Of a DNA stretch of 64,000 nucleotides, positions 1 to 12,567 are shown piece after piece. The stretch comes from Eledone cirrhosa (lineage: Eukaryota). The stretch spans positions 24,242,001 to 24,306,000 of the forward strand of contig OZ024764.1 in the NCBI GenBank assembly GCA_964016885.1, written 5' to 3'. The position numbers and the translations under genes are program-made. How positions within the stretch are numbered: the first letter of the stretch is position 1; the number at the start of each line of letters is the position of its first letter. The notes under the pieces are model-generated. The model did not search any database, had not been told where the DNA came from, and was given only the letters and a program-made list of their open reading frames with translations.

Positions 1-44
1 TATATATATACTTGTATATATATATATATAAATGTTTGTGTTTG

Positions 45-390
45 TATACACACATGTGTGTGGGTGTCTGTGATCTATATAGGCTAGTCATAGACACATA
101 TATATATATATAAACAACAACACCACCAGCTCTCTCTCTCTCTAGTCTCCTCTGTCTCTCTTTCAATCTACTCTCTCACAAGCACTATCTTTTTCTCTCT
201 CTATTTATGAGGGTACCTCAAAAAACCTCATATCTCGGGAACCTGTGCTTCGATTTACACAAAACTTGTTTTATTCCATTTGTATTCCCATTTCAGGGTC
301 AACTTCCTTTCAAAGTATTTTCCCATTATGCCCCCTTTTGGCTATATTACATTACAGACAAGACACAATCACAGACTTTTAGTGGAATAT
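45..390. repeat. Unclassified interspersed repeat; inverted relative at ~36670-36990
   Basis: TTTTATTCCATTTGTATTCCCATTTCAGGGTCAACTTCC...CATTACAGACAAG matches the reverse complement of 36700-36845. Confidence 0.7.
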
Positions 391-550
391 ATATATTTCG
401 GCATCCGGAGGTTGGCACAAATCTTTTCAAGGGCGGTGCCCCAGCATGGCCTCAGCCGGATGGCTGAAACAGGTAAAAGAGTAATATATAGTAATATTAA
501 TAAATATGAAGACTAAAATCCGAAGAGGGCTCGATAAGGATTATATATAT

Positions 551-1725
551 ATCATCATCATCATCAGGTTTAGCGTCCGTGTTCCACGCTTGCATGGGTT
601 TGGACGGGGGTTTTCCCACTTGAGGCAAGAGTGGTTGTCTTGCTCGCATAGGACTGTCTGGCGGGTTTTCTACAGTTGGATGCCCTTCCTAACACCAACC
701 ACATTTACAGTGTGGGGCTGGGAGGTTTTTACCGTGTTGCCTACACGGCCACATTACAGCGTGGACTGTCTGGCGGGTTTTCTACAGCTGGATGCCCTTC
801 CTAACACCAACCACATTTACAGTGTGGGGCTGGGAGGTTTTTACCGTGTTGCCTACACGGCCACATTTACAGCGTGGACTGTGTGTTTTTTGTCGTGACA
901 CCTACACGATCTCATTTGTTTCGGCCTGGATGTTGTGGGACCAACATAACTTTACATTGAAAGGGGCGGTGTGGGTTGGGTGGAGGTGGTTGGACGGGGG
1001 TGTGTTTTGATAGAGGTGCCTACTGACTGTAGTAGGTTTTTACTTTGTATTTAGGTAAGGCGGGTCTTCTCTATTACTGAGTACCGCCAAAGGTCTCGGT
1101 CCAGTGACATTGTCTTGGAGAGGTGTAAGCGTGTGAGGTCGGAATTTATCAGCTCGTCCCATGTTTTTCTGGGTCTGCCTACTCCGTGGCTACCGTCTAT
1201 CTTTATTGCCCTGCACTTTGTTATACAGCTGTCGTCTTTCATGCGCATCACGTGACCGTACCAACGTAGCCTTCTCTCGAGTAAACAACATCTGATCCCT
1301 CTTATTTCTAATTTTTTCCTTAGTTCGTTTATGCTTTGCCGTTCACGTATATTACTATTGCACATCCAGCGGAGCATGTAAGCTTCGTTCCTCTCTAGTC
1401 TGCGTATATCCTCTGCACACAATGCCCAGGTCTCACTGCCATGCAGCATTGCTGTTCGTATGCAGGCATCGTATAACCTGCCTTTCATTTTTAGGGAGAA
1501 CCCTCTAGCGGCTAATAGTGGTATAAGCTCTCTGAACTTTTTCCATCCAGTTCTGACTCTAGCTACTGTACTTTCAGAGCACCCTCCCCCACTGCTGATT
1601 TTGTCACCCAGATAACGGAAGCTGTCCACTATTTCTATAGAACCCTCTGCGCAGTTGAAGGAGCTAGTATTTTGTGGGCACTTGCTGCTACTTATTGCAC
1701 CAGAGCACCGGCCACATGTAAAATC
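551..1725 (-). mobile_element. RTE-clade LINE 3' fragment with (GAT)n tail
   Basis: ORF 1051-1629 has RTE C-terminal motifs (FRYLG, LHGSETW, RRLRWYGHV, GRPRKTW). The 3' UTR has an internal ~121-bp duplication and a (CAT)n tail on the + strand. Confidence 0.88.
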
Positions 1726-1931
1726 TATGTTAAATATATAAAACCATAAAACAAATATATATTAACATAACATAACAGTTTAAAATTTAAGCAAAGAATT
1801 GCTGCTTTCACCCTTAACTGGATCTAACTTTAATAAATATATATATATATTTCCCAGAAACTACCTCTAGATATTGTAAATTAGTGTTACAATGTTGACA
1901 GATTTTGAGTAATAATTCTGTTCAACATTAA

Positions 1932-2128
1932 CCCTTTAATGTTTAAACCAGCCAGAAGTCTCTACCTCTTTCTGTTGAAACTGGCTGTAACTGGTCGCTC
2001 AAACTGATGTTAAGGTATTGTTCTCAAAATAAATACTTTCAAAATCTCATAGATTCGATATTATGTGAGATAAAGCATTTACCATGAACATACAATAGTA
2101 AATATAGAGTAATGTGAATGCTAAAGGG
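1932..2128 (-). mobile_element. piggyBac-like MITE, un-amplified form (one 60-bp unit)
   Basis: TTAA|CCCTTTA...TGCTAAAGGG|TTAA. Same body as the array-bearing copies but with one repeat unit. Confidence 0.75.
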
Positions 2129-2844
2129 TTAAGCCTGTTGTTTCATTCTAGATTTTGTAGTTTCTGGGATATTTACATCTCAAATGACATCTAATTTATT
2201 TTAACCTTCTGGAGGCTCCAGGAGTATTAAGTTGCTGATAGAGTAATCTCCCCTTAATGCAGTGTTGAGGGAGATAATTCATAAAAATTCATAGTGTGTT
2301 ACAGGTTAAACACCCTGTATTTCATCTATTATTGTTTCTTTATACCACTGATGAGAAATATTAGAGAAAAAGAATACAGTAAAATAAAATTCTTAATTTT
2401 ACATCTGCCATATTGAATTTTGTTTGGTTTATTTTTACTTTTTTTTTCTTCTATAACCTGTTACGTTCTTCAATCTTTTGATGCTTTACATTTACATTAC
2501 TCTATATATACCATTGTATTTTCACAGTAAAGGCTTTACCTCACATAATATCTCACATAACATTTACATTACTCTATATTTACTATTGTATTTTCACAGT
2601 AAAGGCTTTACCTCACATAACATTACTCTATATATACTATATATGGCAAGCTATTTAGAACACTGGTTTAACCGCTTTACTTCCCTCCGAAGAAGAGAGA
2701 TTATCTCGAAAATTAAGGACATTTAAATAAATCTAAGGTAAAAGACTAATTGTCAACAATATCTTTTGCATTTGCATTTTTATTCTATGTCCATACCTGC
2801 ATTGTTTGGCTTTACACAATGCTTCAAGTGAACTATAACTTCCT

Positions 2845-3954
2845 CCATATATACTATTGTATTTTCACAATAAAGGCTTTACTTCACATATCTCACATAA
2901 CATTTACATTACTCTATATATACTATTGTATTGTCACAGTAAAGGCTTTACCTCACATAATATCTCACATAACATTTACATTACTCTATATATACTATTG
3001 TATTTTCACAGTAAAGGCTTTACCTCACATAATATCTCACATAACATTTACATTACTCTATATATACTATTGTATTGTCACAGTAAAGGCTTTATCTCAC
3101 ATAATATCTCACATAACATTTACATTACTCTATATATACTATTGTATTTTCACAGTAAAGGCTTTACCTCACATAATATCTCACATAACATTTACATTAC
3201 TCTATATATACTATTGTATTGTCACAGTAAAGGCTTTACCTCACATAATATCTCACATAACATTTACATTACTCTATATATACTATTGTATTGTCACAGT
3301 AAAGGCTTTACCTCACATAATATCTCACATAACATTTACATTACTCTATATATACTATTGTATTTTCACAGTAAAGGCTTTACCTCACATAATATCTCAC
3401 ATAACATTTACATTACTCTATATATACTATTGTATTGTCACAGTAAAGGCTTTACCTCACATAATATCTCCCATAACATTTACATTACCCTATATATACT
3501 ATTGTATTGTCACAGTAAAGACTTTACCTCACATAATATCTCACATAACATTTACATTACTCTATATATACTATTGTATTTTCACAATAAAGGCTTTACC
3601 TCACATAATATCTCACATAACATTTCCATTACTCTATATATACTATTGTATTTTCACAGTAAAGGCTTTACCCCACATAATATCTCACATAACATTTACA
3701 TTACTCTATATATACTATTGTATTTTCACAATAAAGGCTTTACCTCACATAATATCTCACATAACATTTACATTACTCTATATATACTATTGTATTGTCA
3801 CAGTAAAGGCTTTACCTCACATAATAAGGAGTCCATGAGATTTTGATGTTATTTATTTTGAGAACAATACCTTAACATCAGTATGAGTGGCCAGTTTGAA
3901 CAGAAAGAGGTGAGAAAATTTTAGCCGGTTATGGCTGGTTTAAATGCTAAAGTG
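2845..3954 (+). mobile_element. piggyBac-like MITE with ~16 x 60-bp units (left end lost); related fragment at 2485-2640
   Basis: 60-bp unit CATTTACATTACTCTATATATACTATTGTATT(G/T)TCACAGTAAAGGCTTTACCTCACATAATATCTCACATAA, then the conserved tail and AATGCTAAAGtG|TTAA. Confidence 0.8.
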
Positions 3955-4184
3955 TTAAGCCTGAAGGCTCATTAGGCCAGTTATTATCCCAGTTTCATGG
4001 CATGAAGTAACTGAGAGTACAAAACGCCAGTCCATTGTTAAACCTCCAGCTATTACTGGTACTCATTTTTACCTGAGTATACTGGAGCAAAATGAAATAA
4101 AGTGTCTTGCTCAAGGATGCAATGCATCACCCACCATGGGAATTGAACTCACAACCTTCTGATTGCAAGTTCAATGCTCTAACC

Positions 4185-4926
4185 CAGGGGTATGCAACAG
4201 GTGGCCCACAGGCCACAACCCCCCCCCCCCCCCCCGACCAGTCAGTGTGGCCCGCGAACACTTTTTAATTTTTACCTTGTAGGGTTATTTACAATATTTT
4301 TCATAACCGTAATACTTCTGTTAGTTGACCGATACTAAAGGGCTTCACTGATAGGGTTATATTTTATAATTCCCCAGTTGACCTATACTAAAGGGTTTCT
4401 CTGATAGGGTTATATTTTATAATTCCCCAGTTGACCGATACTAAAGGGCTTCACTGATAGGGTTATATGTTATAATTCCCCAGTTGACCTATACTAAAGG
4501 GCTTCACTGATAGGGTTATATGTTATAATTCCCCAGTTGACCTATACTAAAGGGTTTCACTGATAGGGTTATATGTTATAATTCCCCAGTTGACCTATAC
4601 TAAAGGGTTTCACTGATAGGGTTATATGTTATAATTCCCCAGTTGACCTATACTAAAGGGCTTCACTGATAGGGTTATATGTTATAATTTCCCAGTTGAC
4701 CTATACTAAAGGGTTTCACTGATAGGGTTATATGTTATAATTCCCCAGTTGACCGATACTAAAGGGCTTCACTGATAGGGTTATGTGTGTTATAATTCCC
4801 CAGTTCCATGTTATAGAAAGAAGTTGTGGTGAATCTTTGGAATAGTGCTTCATAAATATTAATGGCCCTAACAGTTGTTCCAATGTTCAAAAGTGACCCG
4901 CCAATGGAATATGTTGCACACCCCTG
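4185..4926 (+). mobile_element. hAT-like MITE with internal 53-bp array (~9 copies), inserted in a SINE
   Basis: TIRs CAGGGGTaTGCAAC / GTTGCAcACCCCTG and an 8-bp TSD CTCTAaCC / CTCTAgCC. The SINE continues on both sides. Confidence 0.82.
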
Positions 4927-5489
4927 CTCTAGCCACTAAGCCATGTACTTTCACTATTCTTGTGTTTGAGTTTTCAAATACACTTCATCTCAGTTATTGA
5001 CACAACACTACTTATACAACGCAACTGTATTTAGTTGAATCAAATTCAAATATTCAAATCATACAATGGATATGATATTCTCTGTGAAAATATAAAAATA
5101 CTAAAGTCCAGGGCCTTTCCACTCCTGTTGGAGGAATCCCTCTCTGGCTGACCTCCATTGTTTCCTATCTTTGACCCAAAGTGGGGCCAGTTAAAGGCAA
5201 CATTTAATAGACTAACTGGTACTTGTTTTATTATTTAATCTCTTGCCTAGTTTAATATTATTGATACAAACCCGGGTCGGGTCGGGTCGGGTCCTATGAA
5301 GAAAAGTATTCCTTTTTAAATTAAAATTGTTCAATATTATTTACTATAAGAACCAAATGTTAAGTTACTATCTTAGTAATGAAATAATTGTTATAATCTC
5401 TTGGAATTCTAACGAGATCTGGACCTCCCTGAAACAGCATTGTCACCCCACCTCCCAACAGACCACCAGACATGAACGCCATGTAGACA

Positions 5490-5826
5490 TATCATCATCA
5501 TCATTTCATTTTACGTCCACTTTTCCCTGCTTGCAAGGGTGGGACGGGAACTGATTCTGGCTTGATTTCTACAGCTGGATGCCCTTCCTAACACCAACCT
5601 CATTTACAGTGAGTGCTGGGTGCTTTTTTGCCGTGGCACCTCCACGACCACTTTGCAGTGGAATGATAGGGACCCCAGTCCCTATCATCTCATTTCTACA
5701 GTTGAGTAAACTGGAGCAATGTGTAATAAAGTGTCTTGCTCAAGGAAACAACACATCACCCGGTCTGAGAATTGAACTCACAACCTTTCGATTGCAAGGC
5801 CAATGCTCTAACCACTAAGCCATGTG
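5490..5826 (-). mobile_element. tRNA-derived SINE with RTE-like (GAT)n tail
   Basis: Minus strand has A-box TGGCTTAGTGG and B-box GTTCAATTC. The tail shares GGTGTTAGGAAGGGCATCC with the RTE 3' UTR. Confidence 0.75.
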
Positions 5827-5843
5827 CCTCCACACACACACAT

Positions 5844-6783
5844 AATGAAAGGCAGGTTATACGATGCCTGCATACGAACAGCAATGCTGCATGGCAGTGA
5901 GACCTGGGCATTGTGTGCAGAGGATATACGCAGACTAGAGAGGAACGAAGCTTGCATGCTCCGCTGGATGTGCAATAGTAATATACGTGAACGGCAAAGC
6001 ATAAACGAACTAAGGAAAAAATTAGAAATAAGAGGGATCAGATGTTGTTTACTCGAGAGAAGGCTACGTTGGTACGGTCACGTGATGCGCATGAAAGACG
6101 ACAGCTGTATAACAAAGTGCAGGGCAATAAAGATAGACGGTAGCCACGGAGTAGGCAGACCCAGAAAAACATGGGACGAGCTGATAAATTCCGACCTCAC
6201 ACGCTTACACCTCTCCAAGACAATGTCACTGGACCGAGACCTTTGGCGGTACTCAGTAATAGAGAAGACCCGCCTTACCTAAATACAAAGTAAAAACCTA
6301 CTACAGTCAGTAGGCATCTCTATCAAAACACACCCCCGTCCCACCACCTCCACCCCACCCACACCGCCCCTTTCAATGTAAAGTTATGTTGGTCCCACAA
6401 CATCCAGGCCGAAACAAATGAGATCGTGTAGGTGTCACGACAAAAAACACACAGTCCACGCTGTAAATGTGGCCGTGTAGGCAACACGGTAAAAACCTCC
6501 CAGCCCCACACTGTAAATGTGGTTGGTGTTAGGAAGGGCATCCAGCTGTAGAAAACCCGCCAGACAGTCCACGCTGAAATGTGGCCGTGTTGGCAACACG
6601 GTAAAAACCTCCCAGCCCCACACTGTAAATGTGGTTGGTGTTAGGAAGGGCATCCAACTGTAGAAAACCCGCCAGACAGTCCTATGCGAGCAAGACAACC
6701 ACTCTTGCCTCAAGTGGGAAAACCCCCGTCCAAACCCATGCAAGCGTGGAACACGGACGCTAAACCTGATGATGATGATGATG
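5844..6783 (+). mobile_element. RTE-clade LINE 3' fragment, near-identical inverted copy of 551-1490
   Basis: Same C-terminal protein and same duplicated 3' UTR, ending in (GAT)n. Confidence 0.88.
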
Positions 6784-6786
6784 ATA

Positions 6787-6843
<57 letters not shown>

Positions 6844-6989
6844 AACAATGAGTTAAAGACTTTGTTGATATGTAATCAACTGACTTATGTGTATAACAGA
6901 TACGAAGCACTCAACAGATAATATTTATCTGGAGTATTACGATAATAATAGTAATAAACGAAAGATATAACTTTATATCAACACTATTT

Positions 6990-7065
6990 ATTTCATTATA
7001 TATATTTCGGGGATGCCAAAATTTATGTTTAACATAAATCAGAGGATGCCCTCATCAGATAAAAT
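6990..7065 (-). ncRNA. Hammerhead motif, same family as 19683-19746
   Basis: Reverse complement reads ATTTTAT-CTGATGA-GGG...extended hairpin...CCC-CGAAA-TATATA-TA-ATGAAAT. Confidence 0.62.
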
Positions 7066-7159
7066 ACATTTGAGATGTATAATGTTTTCATGATATACCA
7101 GCATCAACGATCTTGCTAGATCAGTGACATGCCAGTCTATATATATATATATATATATA

Positions 7160-7948
7160 CGAGGTGCGTCAGAAAAGTTCCAGGACTGATGTCACAAAAG
7201 ATTTATTTCAAACCCAAACTTCACACTAAGAGTTTTCTCCTTCAAAGTAATCCCCCTGGAGTATGTAACTAATCTTAGCTCTCTGCAGCAACCAAACTTT
7301 TTTCTTCATAATTTTATATACATGTCCTCTGTTTCAGGTCGTCAAGCAATGAGCACAGAGCAACAAACAAACAAACTTGAAAACTCCGTCAGAAGCACTG
7401 GGGTTGCTGCAGCAAGTGTATGGAGATGAGGCGATGTCACGCTCACGTGTTTTTGAGTGGAAGGCCCTCAACAACCAGGACTGAGGTCAACGTTGAGAGC
7501 ATCAGGCAGATGGTGCGTAGCGATCGTCGGCTGACTGTTCGACTGATGGCAAATGAGCTGGCCATGAATCGGGACAGCGTCTGGAAGATTCTCACTGAAG
7601 ATTTGGACATGCGGAAAGTCTGTGCGAAGATGGTGCCAAAACTGCTGAACGATGACCAGAAGGGTCGACACATGCAAGTGTGCCAGGACATCCTCGAGCA
7701 TCTTAAAACCGAACCAGACTTGCTAGGGACAGTTATCACCAGTGATGAGTCACGGATCTTCGAGTATGACCTGTTTTGAAGATGTGGACAACATCAAAAA
7801 GGCCGTACATGCAAGTGTGGCAGAAAATGATGAAAAAGTGCATTAGACTCCAGGGGGATTACTTTGAAGGAGAAAACTCATAGTGTGAAGTCTGGGTTTG
7901 AAATAAATCTTTTGTGACATCAGTCCTGGAACTGTTCTGACCCACCTC

Positions 7949-7949
<1 letters not shown>
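7160..7949 (+). mobile_element. Internally deleted mariner-family element with ~100-bp TIRs
   Basis: TA flanks, CGAGG...CCTCG ends and ~100-bp inverted termini. Transposase remnant GRPST...DRRLTVR...MRKVCAKMVPKLL...ITSDESRIFEYD. Confidence 0.88.
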
Positions 7950-7985
<36 letters not shown>

Positions 7986-8088
7986 GAATTGTGCCTCTCA
8001 TTTTTTAAATAATGTCACTTTGACGAATCAAAGAAAGGAAAAAAAAAGAAAAACAGATCCTAAAATAAATTTTCTGTGCTATTTCCAA

Positions 8089-8160
<72 letters not shown>

Positions 8161-8166
8161 CATACA

Positions 8167-8330
8167 CCATATTTCCCAGCATCTAAGACGCTTTTATTTC
8201 CCTAAAATAAGTCTAAAAAATCCACCGTGAGTCCCGGAGGCCGAAGGTTAGTATTTTTTTCCAAATTTTTGGTTGTCAAAATTAGGGTGGGTCCCCGAGG
8301 ACGAAGCGTCTTTGGTGCCAGGAAATATGG
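8167..8330. mobile_element. Tc1/pogo-like MITE just downstream of the MCAT stop
   Basis: Imperfect ~24-bp TIRs CCATATTTCCcagcatctaAGACGC / GCGTCTttggtgccaGGAAATATGG in TA-rich context. Confidence 0.6.
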
Positions 8331-8490
8331 TATATATACATTGCCACAGTCTAAGTGAGGGCAGTGCTCCAGTGTGGCCACTGTTATATGAATGTGGTGC
8401 CCCAGCATGGCCACAGTCATATGAATGCAGTGCCCTAGCATGGCCACAGCCTGGTCATTGAATCTATTGAAAAAGAGACGAAGACCCTCG

Positions 8491-8892
8491 TCAAACCTCC
8501 ACATTGTGATAATTTCTGTGAGCCTTTAAGTTGACCATCCTCAAAAAGGTCCCCAGCTGTTTGCCTGGCCCTACTTCATATGTTTGAGGGAACTTGGCAG
8601 ACTGTTTATCCCTTGAGTACAAATCATGCAGTATTTGCTCCCATTTGACAGCAGCAGTGAGGTGCTTTTTTAAAAGCTTCTTGATCCCTTTCGATGTTTT
8701 TAGGTAGACCTTGTTCTTCACATTTGAGTAAACTGGGAACAGCGACTCCTTAATTTCCACTTTCTCCAGGGCATCGACAAACGCTGGCACACACGGAGCC
8801 ATAAGGGGTGTGTGAAAAGCACCGCTCACTGGAAGTCTTTTGGTTCGACGAATTCCAAAGTCGTTTGTGTTGCTTGCTATAAATTCAAGGGC
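8491..8892 (-). CDS. MCAT: MCAT coding exon 4 (last)
   Basis: Polypyrimidine tract and AG|ALEFI...LPVSGAFHTPLM (catalytic His motif)...PVYSNV...YEVGPGKQLG, then TGA at 8491-8493. Confidence 0.93.
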   Translation of the reverse strand, partial: ALEFIASNTNDFGIRRTKRLPVSGAFHTPLMAPCVPAFVDALEKVEIKESLFPVYSNVKNKVYLKTSKGIKKLLKKHLTAAVKWEQILHDLYSRDKQSAKFPQTYEVGPGKQLGTFLRMVNLKAHRNYHNVEV

Positions 8893-10803
8893 CTTAAACA
8901 GAAAAGAAAAAAAGGATAATAATTCATTTTTGTATTTGTTTTGTAAGATTGAAATGAAATCAGGGCTTGAAACAAACATTTTTATCATTATTCTGTCAGT
9001 TCTAATACAATCCATCTTTAGAAATATTTCTATTTTGAAACATTAGAATGCAAACAAAGGATTATTATAAATAATGGTTTTTGATCTAGACACAAAGCCA
9101 ACAATTTTATGGGAGGGGAAAGTCAATTAACCCTTTACCATTTACATTACTCTATATATACTATTGTATTTTCACAGTAAAGGCTTTACCTCACATAATA
9201 TCTCACATAATATTTACATTACTCTATATATACTATTGTATTGTCACAGTAAAGACTTTACCTCACATAATATCTCCCATAACATTTACATTACTCTATA
9301 TATACTATTGTATTTTCACAGTAAAGGCTTTACCTCACATAATATTTACATTACTCTATATATACTATTGTATTGTCACAGTAAAGACTTTACCTCACAT
9401 AATATCTCCCATAACATTTACATTACTCTATATATACTATTGTATTGTCACAGTAATGGCTTTACCTCACATAATATCTCACATAACATTTACATTACTC
9501 TATATATACTATTGTATTGTCACAGTAAAGGCTTTACCTCACATAATATCTCACATAACATTTACATTACTCTATATATACTATTGTATTTTCACAGTAA
9601 AGGCTTTACCTCACATAATATTTACATTACTCTATATATACTATTGTATTGTCACAGTAAAGGCTTTACCTCACATAATATCTCACATAATATTTACATT
9701 ACTCTATATATACTATTGTATTGTCACAGTAAAGACTTTACCTCACATAATATCTCCCATAACATTTACATTACTCTATATATACTATTGTATTGTCACA
9801 GTAATGGCTTTACCTCACATAATATCTCACATAACATTTACATTACTCTATATATACTATTGTATTGTCACAGTAAAGGCTTTACCTCACATAATATCTC
9901 ACATAACATTTACATTACTCTATATATACTATTGTATTTTCACAGTAAAGGCTTTACCTCACATAATATTTACATTACTCTATATATACTATTGTATTGT
10001 CACAGTAAAGGCTTTACCTCACATAATATCTCACATAATATTTACATTACTCTATATATACTATTGTATTGTCACAGTAAAGGCTTTACCTCACATAATA
10101 CCTCACATAACATTTACATTACTCTATATATACTATTGTATTGTCACAGTAAAGGCTTTACCTCACATAATATCTCACATAATATTTACATTACTCTATA
10201 TATACTATTGTATTGTCACAGTAAAGGCTTTACCTCACATAATATCTCACATAACATTTACATTACTCTATATATACTATTGTATTTTCACAGTAAAGGC
10301 TTTACCTCACATAATATCTCACATAACATTTACATTACTCTATATATACTATTGTATTTTCACAGTAAAGGCTTTACCTCACATAATATTTACATTACTC
10401 TATGTATACTATTGTATTTTCACAGTAAAGGCTTTACCTCACATAACATTTACATTACTCTATATATACTATTGTATTTTCACAGTAAAGGCTTTACCTC
10501 ACATAATACCTCACATAACATTTACATTACTCTATATATACTATTGTATTGTCACAGTAAAGGCTTTACCTCACATAATATCTCACATAACATCTCGTAT
10601 ACGAGAGACGTGTGTTGACGTGTGTGAACAAGCTCGGCTACCGAGTCGGATTTACTTACTCAAAAAGTGAGTTTTGATAAATTTTTTATACTGTAATATA
10701 CGTTAACCCCTTGCCTTGGTCGTCAAACTTTGAGTTTATTTATTTTCGCCCCTTTTTGTGCCGAATTTTCCAGTTAAAAATTTATTACGACAAACTAATA
10801 GAA

Positions 10804-12546
10804 ATGGACGGAATTTTCACATCTCATCCTAACGTGAAAGCCACGCCCCCTAAGAAAGGTGATACAGAGAAGCTAGAAGCACAAGGCTCTAAGTCTTCCC
10901 TCCTGACTTCTGCAAAAGAAACATGGAACACGGAATTAAAAGAAAAATTTGAAAAAATGGGTGAAAACCCAGAAAGTCACATAAACGCAGACAAAAACAA
11001 CAACGACAATAACAGCAATAGTCACAACACCAACCAAGGAAAAAATAACGATAACACCAAACAAAGCGAACCCACTACTGGTACCTCCTTTGCACAGGCG
11101 GTCCGGAAAACACAAACCTGCAAGCAACTGGACATTACAACTCTGAGAGAAAAGATGAAGGAAGCGAAACAGTATGTAACTTTCAAAGAAGGAGGAGACT
11201 TCACAATCACCTCCCCACAAGAAATCAAAAGAGACACGACGCTAAGAACGATATCTTTCAGAACAATTTCCAACATAACAAGGAAACCAACTCAATTATC
11301 CCAAAAAGAGATTGAGCTGGTCCTAAAAAATGTGTGGAGTGATATATCGTTCATACAAAAAGGGCCACTCTATGGGAATATAACGGTCCTAATGAAGGAT
11401 CAATTGACGGCCAGGAAATACTCTGTGGCACCAATTGTTTCCAAGCTACATACATTTTTCCCCACATATTTAGGGAAAAGAACGCAGAAGATAAGGGTCT
11501 CCGGAATCCGGCCAAATGCATGCATTTCCTGGGTACTAACAGGGTTTTTAGAAGACGAGGACGGAATCCTCTCAGTAGGAGAAGTCACCACAGACGTTTT
11601 CGGCGGTTTGAGCGTGGAGGTTCTGGTCCAAATGAGACCAGAACGAATCGCTAGAATACCACAGAGGGTGTCCCTCGATGGAGAAACATTTATATATATT
11701 TCAGCCGAGGGTAGGAGGCCCATATGTTACTACTGTTCAAGCAGGGGTCATCTAAGGGCTGCTTGTCCTCAATTGACAAAAAAAAAGGCTCTTTTGCCTA
11801 CACCCCACACACCACCACCGCCACCACCACCACCACCACCACCTCCACCACCACCACCACAACAACAACAAAAGCAACAGGGAAAAATAACACAAGACAC
11901 GGCCCCACCCAAAACAACTCCCAAAACACACACAAATACAACAAAACCCCAAAATACACCACTACCCGACAGCACGGACGCGGACCCAGCGGAAACGGCA
12001 CCTAGTGACGAAGAGGGGGAACCCTTCCAACCTGTAAAAAGGAAAAAAAGAAAGCACCACTCGAACATAAACGAAACAAACACACAACCACCAACAAAAA
12101 CAAAACAAACAGAACAAACAAAATCCGCCCCACCCCAAAACATAACACATACAACAAAACGTAAGCACACACAAGAACAACAAACAAACACAACACAAAT
12201 AAAACAGTATACATACATTAACACAAATAACAAAGAACTAGTAAAAACAATACACAAAGACCCTTTGGTGGAAACTGAAGGACAATTCTTTGCAAGCGCG
12301 GCCAACAAACCGCATTTAAAAATGATAAGACTCCCAATGGACACCTATGCAAAACTAAGAGAGAACTTTCCTGAGGACGTGGGGAAAACATGTACTCGAC
12401 CCTATAACCGCGTCCTCTTGAAACGTTTCCCCACCCACACCTCACCAAACACCCCCACTCCACCACAGAACAACACCCCACCAAACAACCCCTCCAATAC
12501 GCCCATGGATATTGTGCAACCTGCTCCTCAGGAGCCGAACAGGTAG
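10804..12546 (+). CDS. Retrotransposon ORF1 (gag-like, CCHC zinc knuckle)
   Basis: CYYCSSRGHLRAAC knuckle, poly-Pro, basic KRKKRK stretch. First ATG is at 10804; the ORF track start at 10711 is TTG. Confidence 0.85.
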   Translation: MDGIFTSHPNVKATPPKKGDTEKLEAQGSKSSLLTSAKETWNTELKEKFEKMGENPESHINADKNNNDNNSNSHNTNQGKNNDNTKQSEPTTGTSFAQAVRKTQTCKQLDITTLREKMKEAKQYVTFKEGGDFTITSPQEIKRDTTLRTISFRTISNITRKPTQLSQKEIELVLKNVWSDISFIQKGPLYGNITVLMKDQLTARKYSVAPIVSKLHTFFPTYLGKRTQKIRVSGIRPNACISWVLTGFLEDEDGILSVGEVTTDVFGGLSVEVLVQMRPERIARIPQRVSLDGETFIYISAEGRRPICYYCSSRGHLRAACPQLTKKKALLPTPHTPPPPPPPPPPPPPPPPQQQQKQQGKITQDTAPPKTTPKTHTNTTKPQNTPLPDSTDADPAETAPSDEEGEPFQPVKRKKRKHHSNINETNTQPPTKTKQTEQTKSAPPQNITHTTKRKHTQEQQTNTTQIKQYTYINTNNKELVKTIHKDPLVETEGQFFASAANKPHLKMIRLPMDTYAKLRENFPEDVGKTCTRPYNRVLLKRFPTHTSPNTPTPPQNNTPPNNPSNTPMDIVQPAPQEPNR

Positions 12547-12567
12547 GTCCTTCCTCTTTTAACCAAC

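Noticed and set aside
2750-3846. Long ORFs across the 60-bp arrays (also 9164-10670, 49668-50957, 60874-62550)
   Set aside because: They arise from a stop-free frame in a repeat whose length is a multiple of 3. They lie inside MITEs and show no protein-like features.
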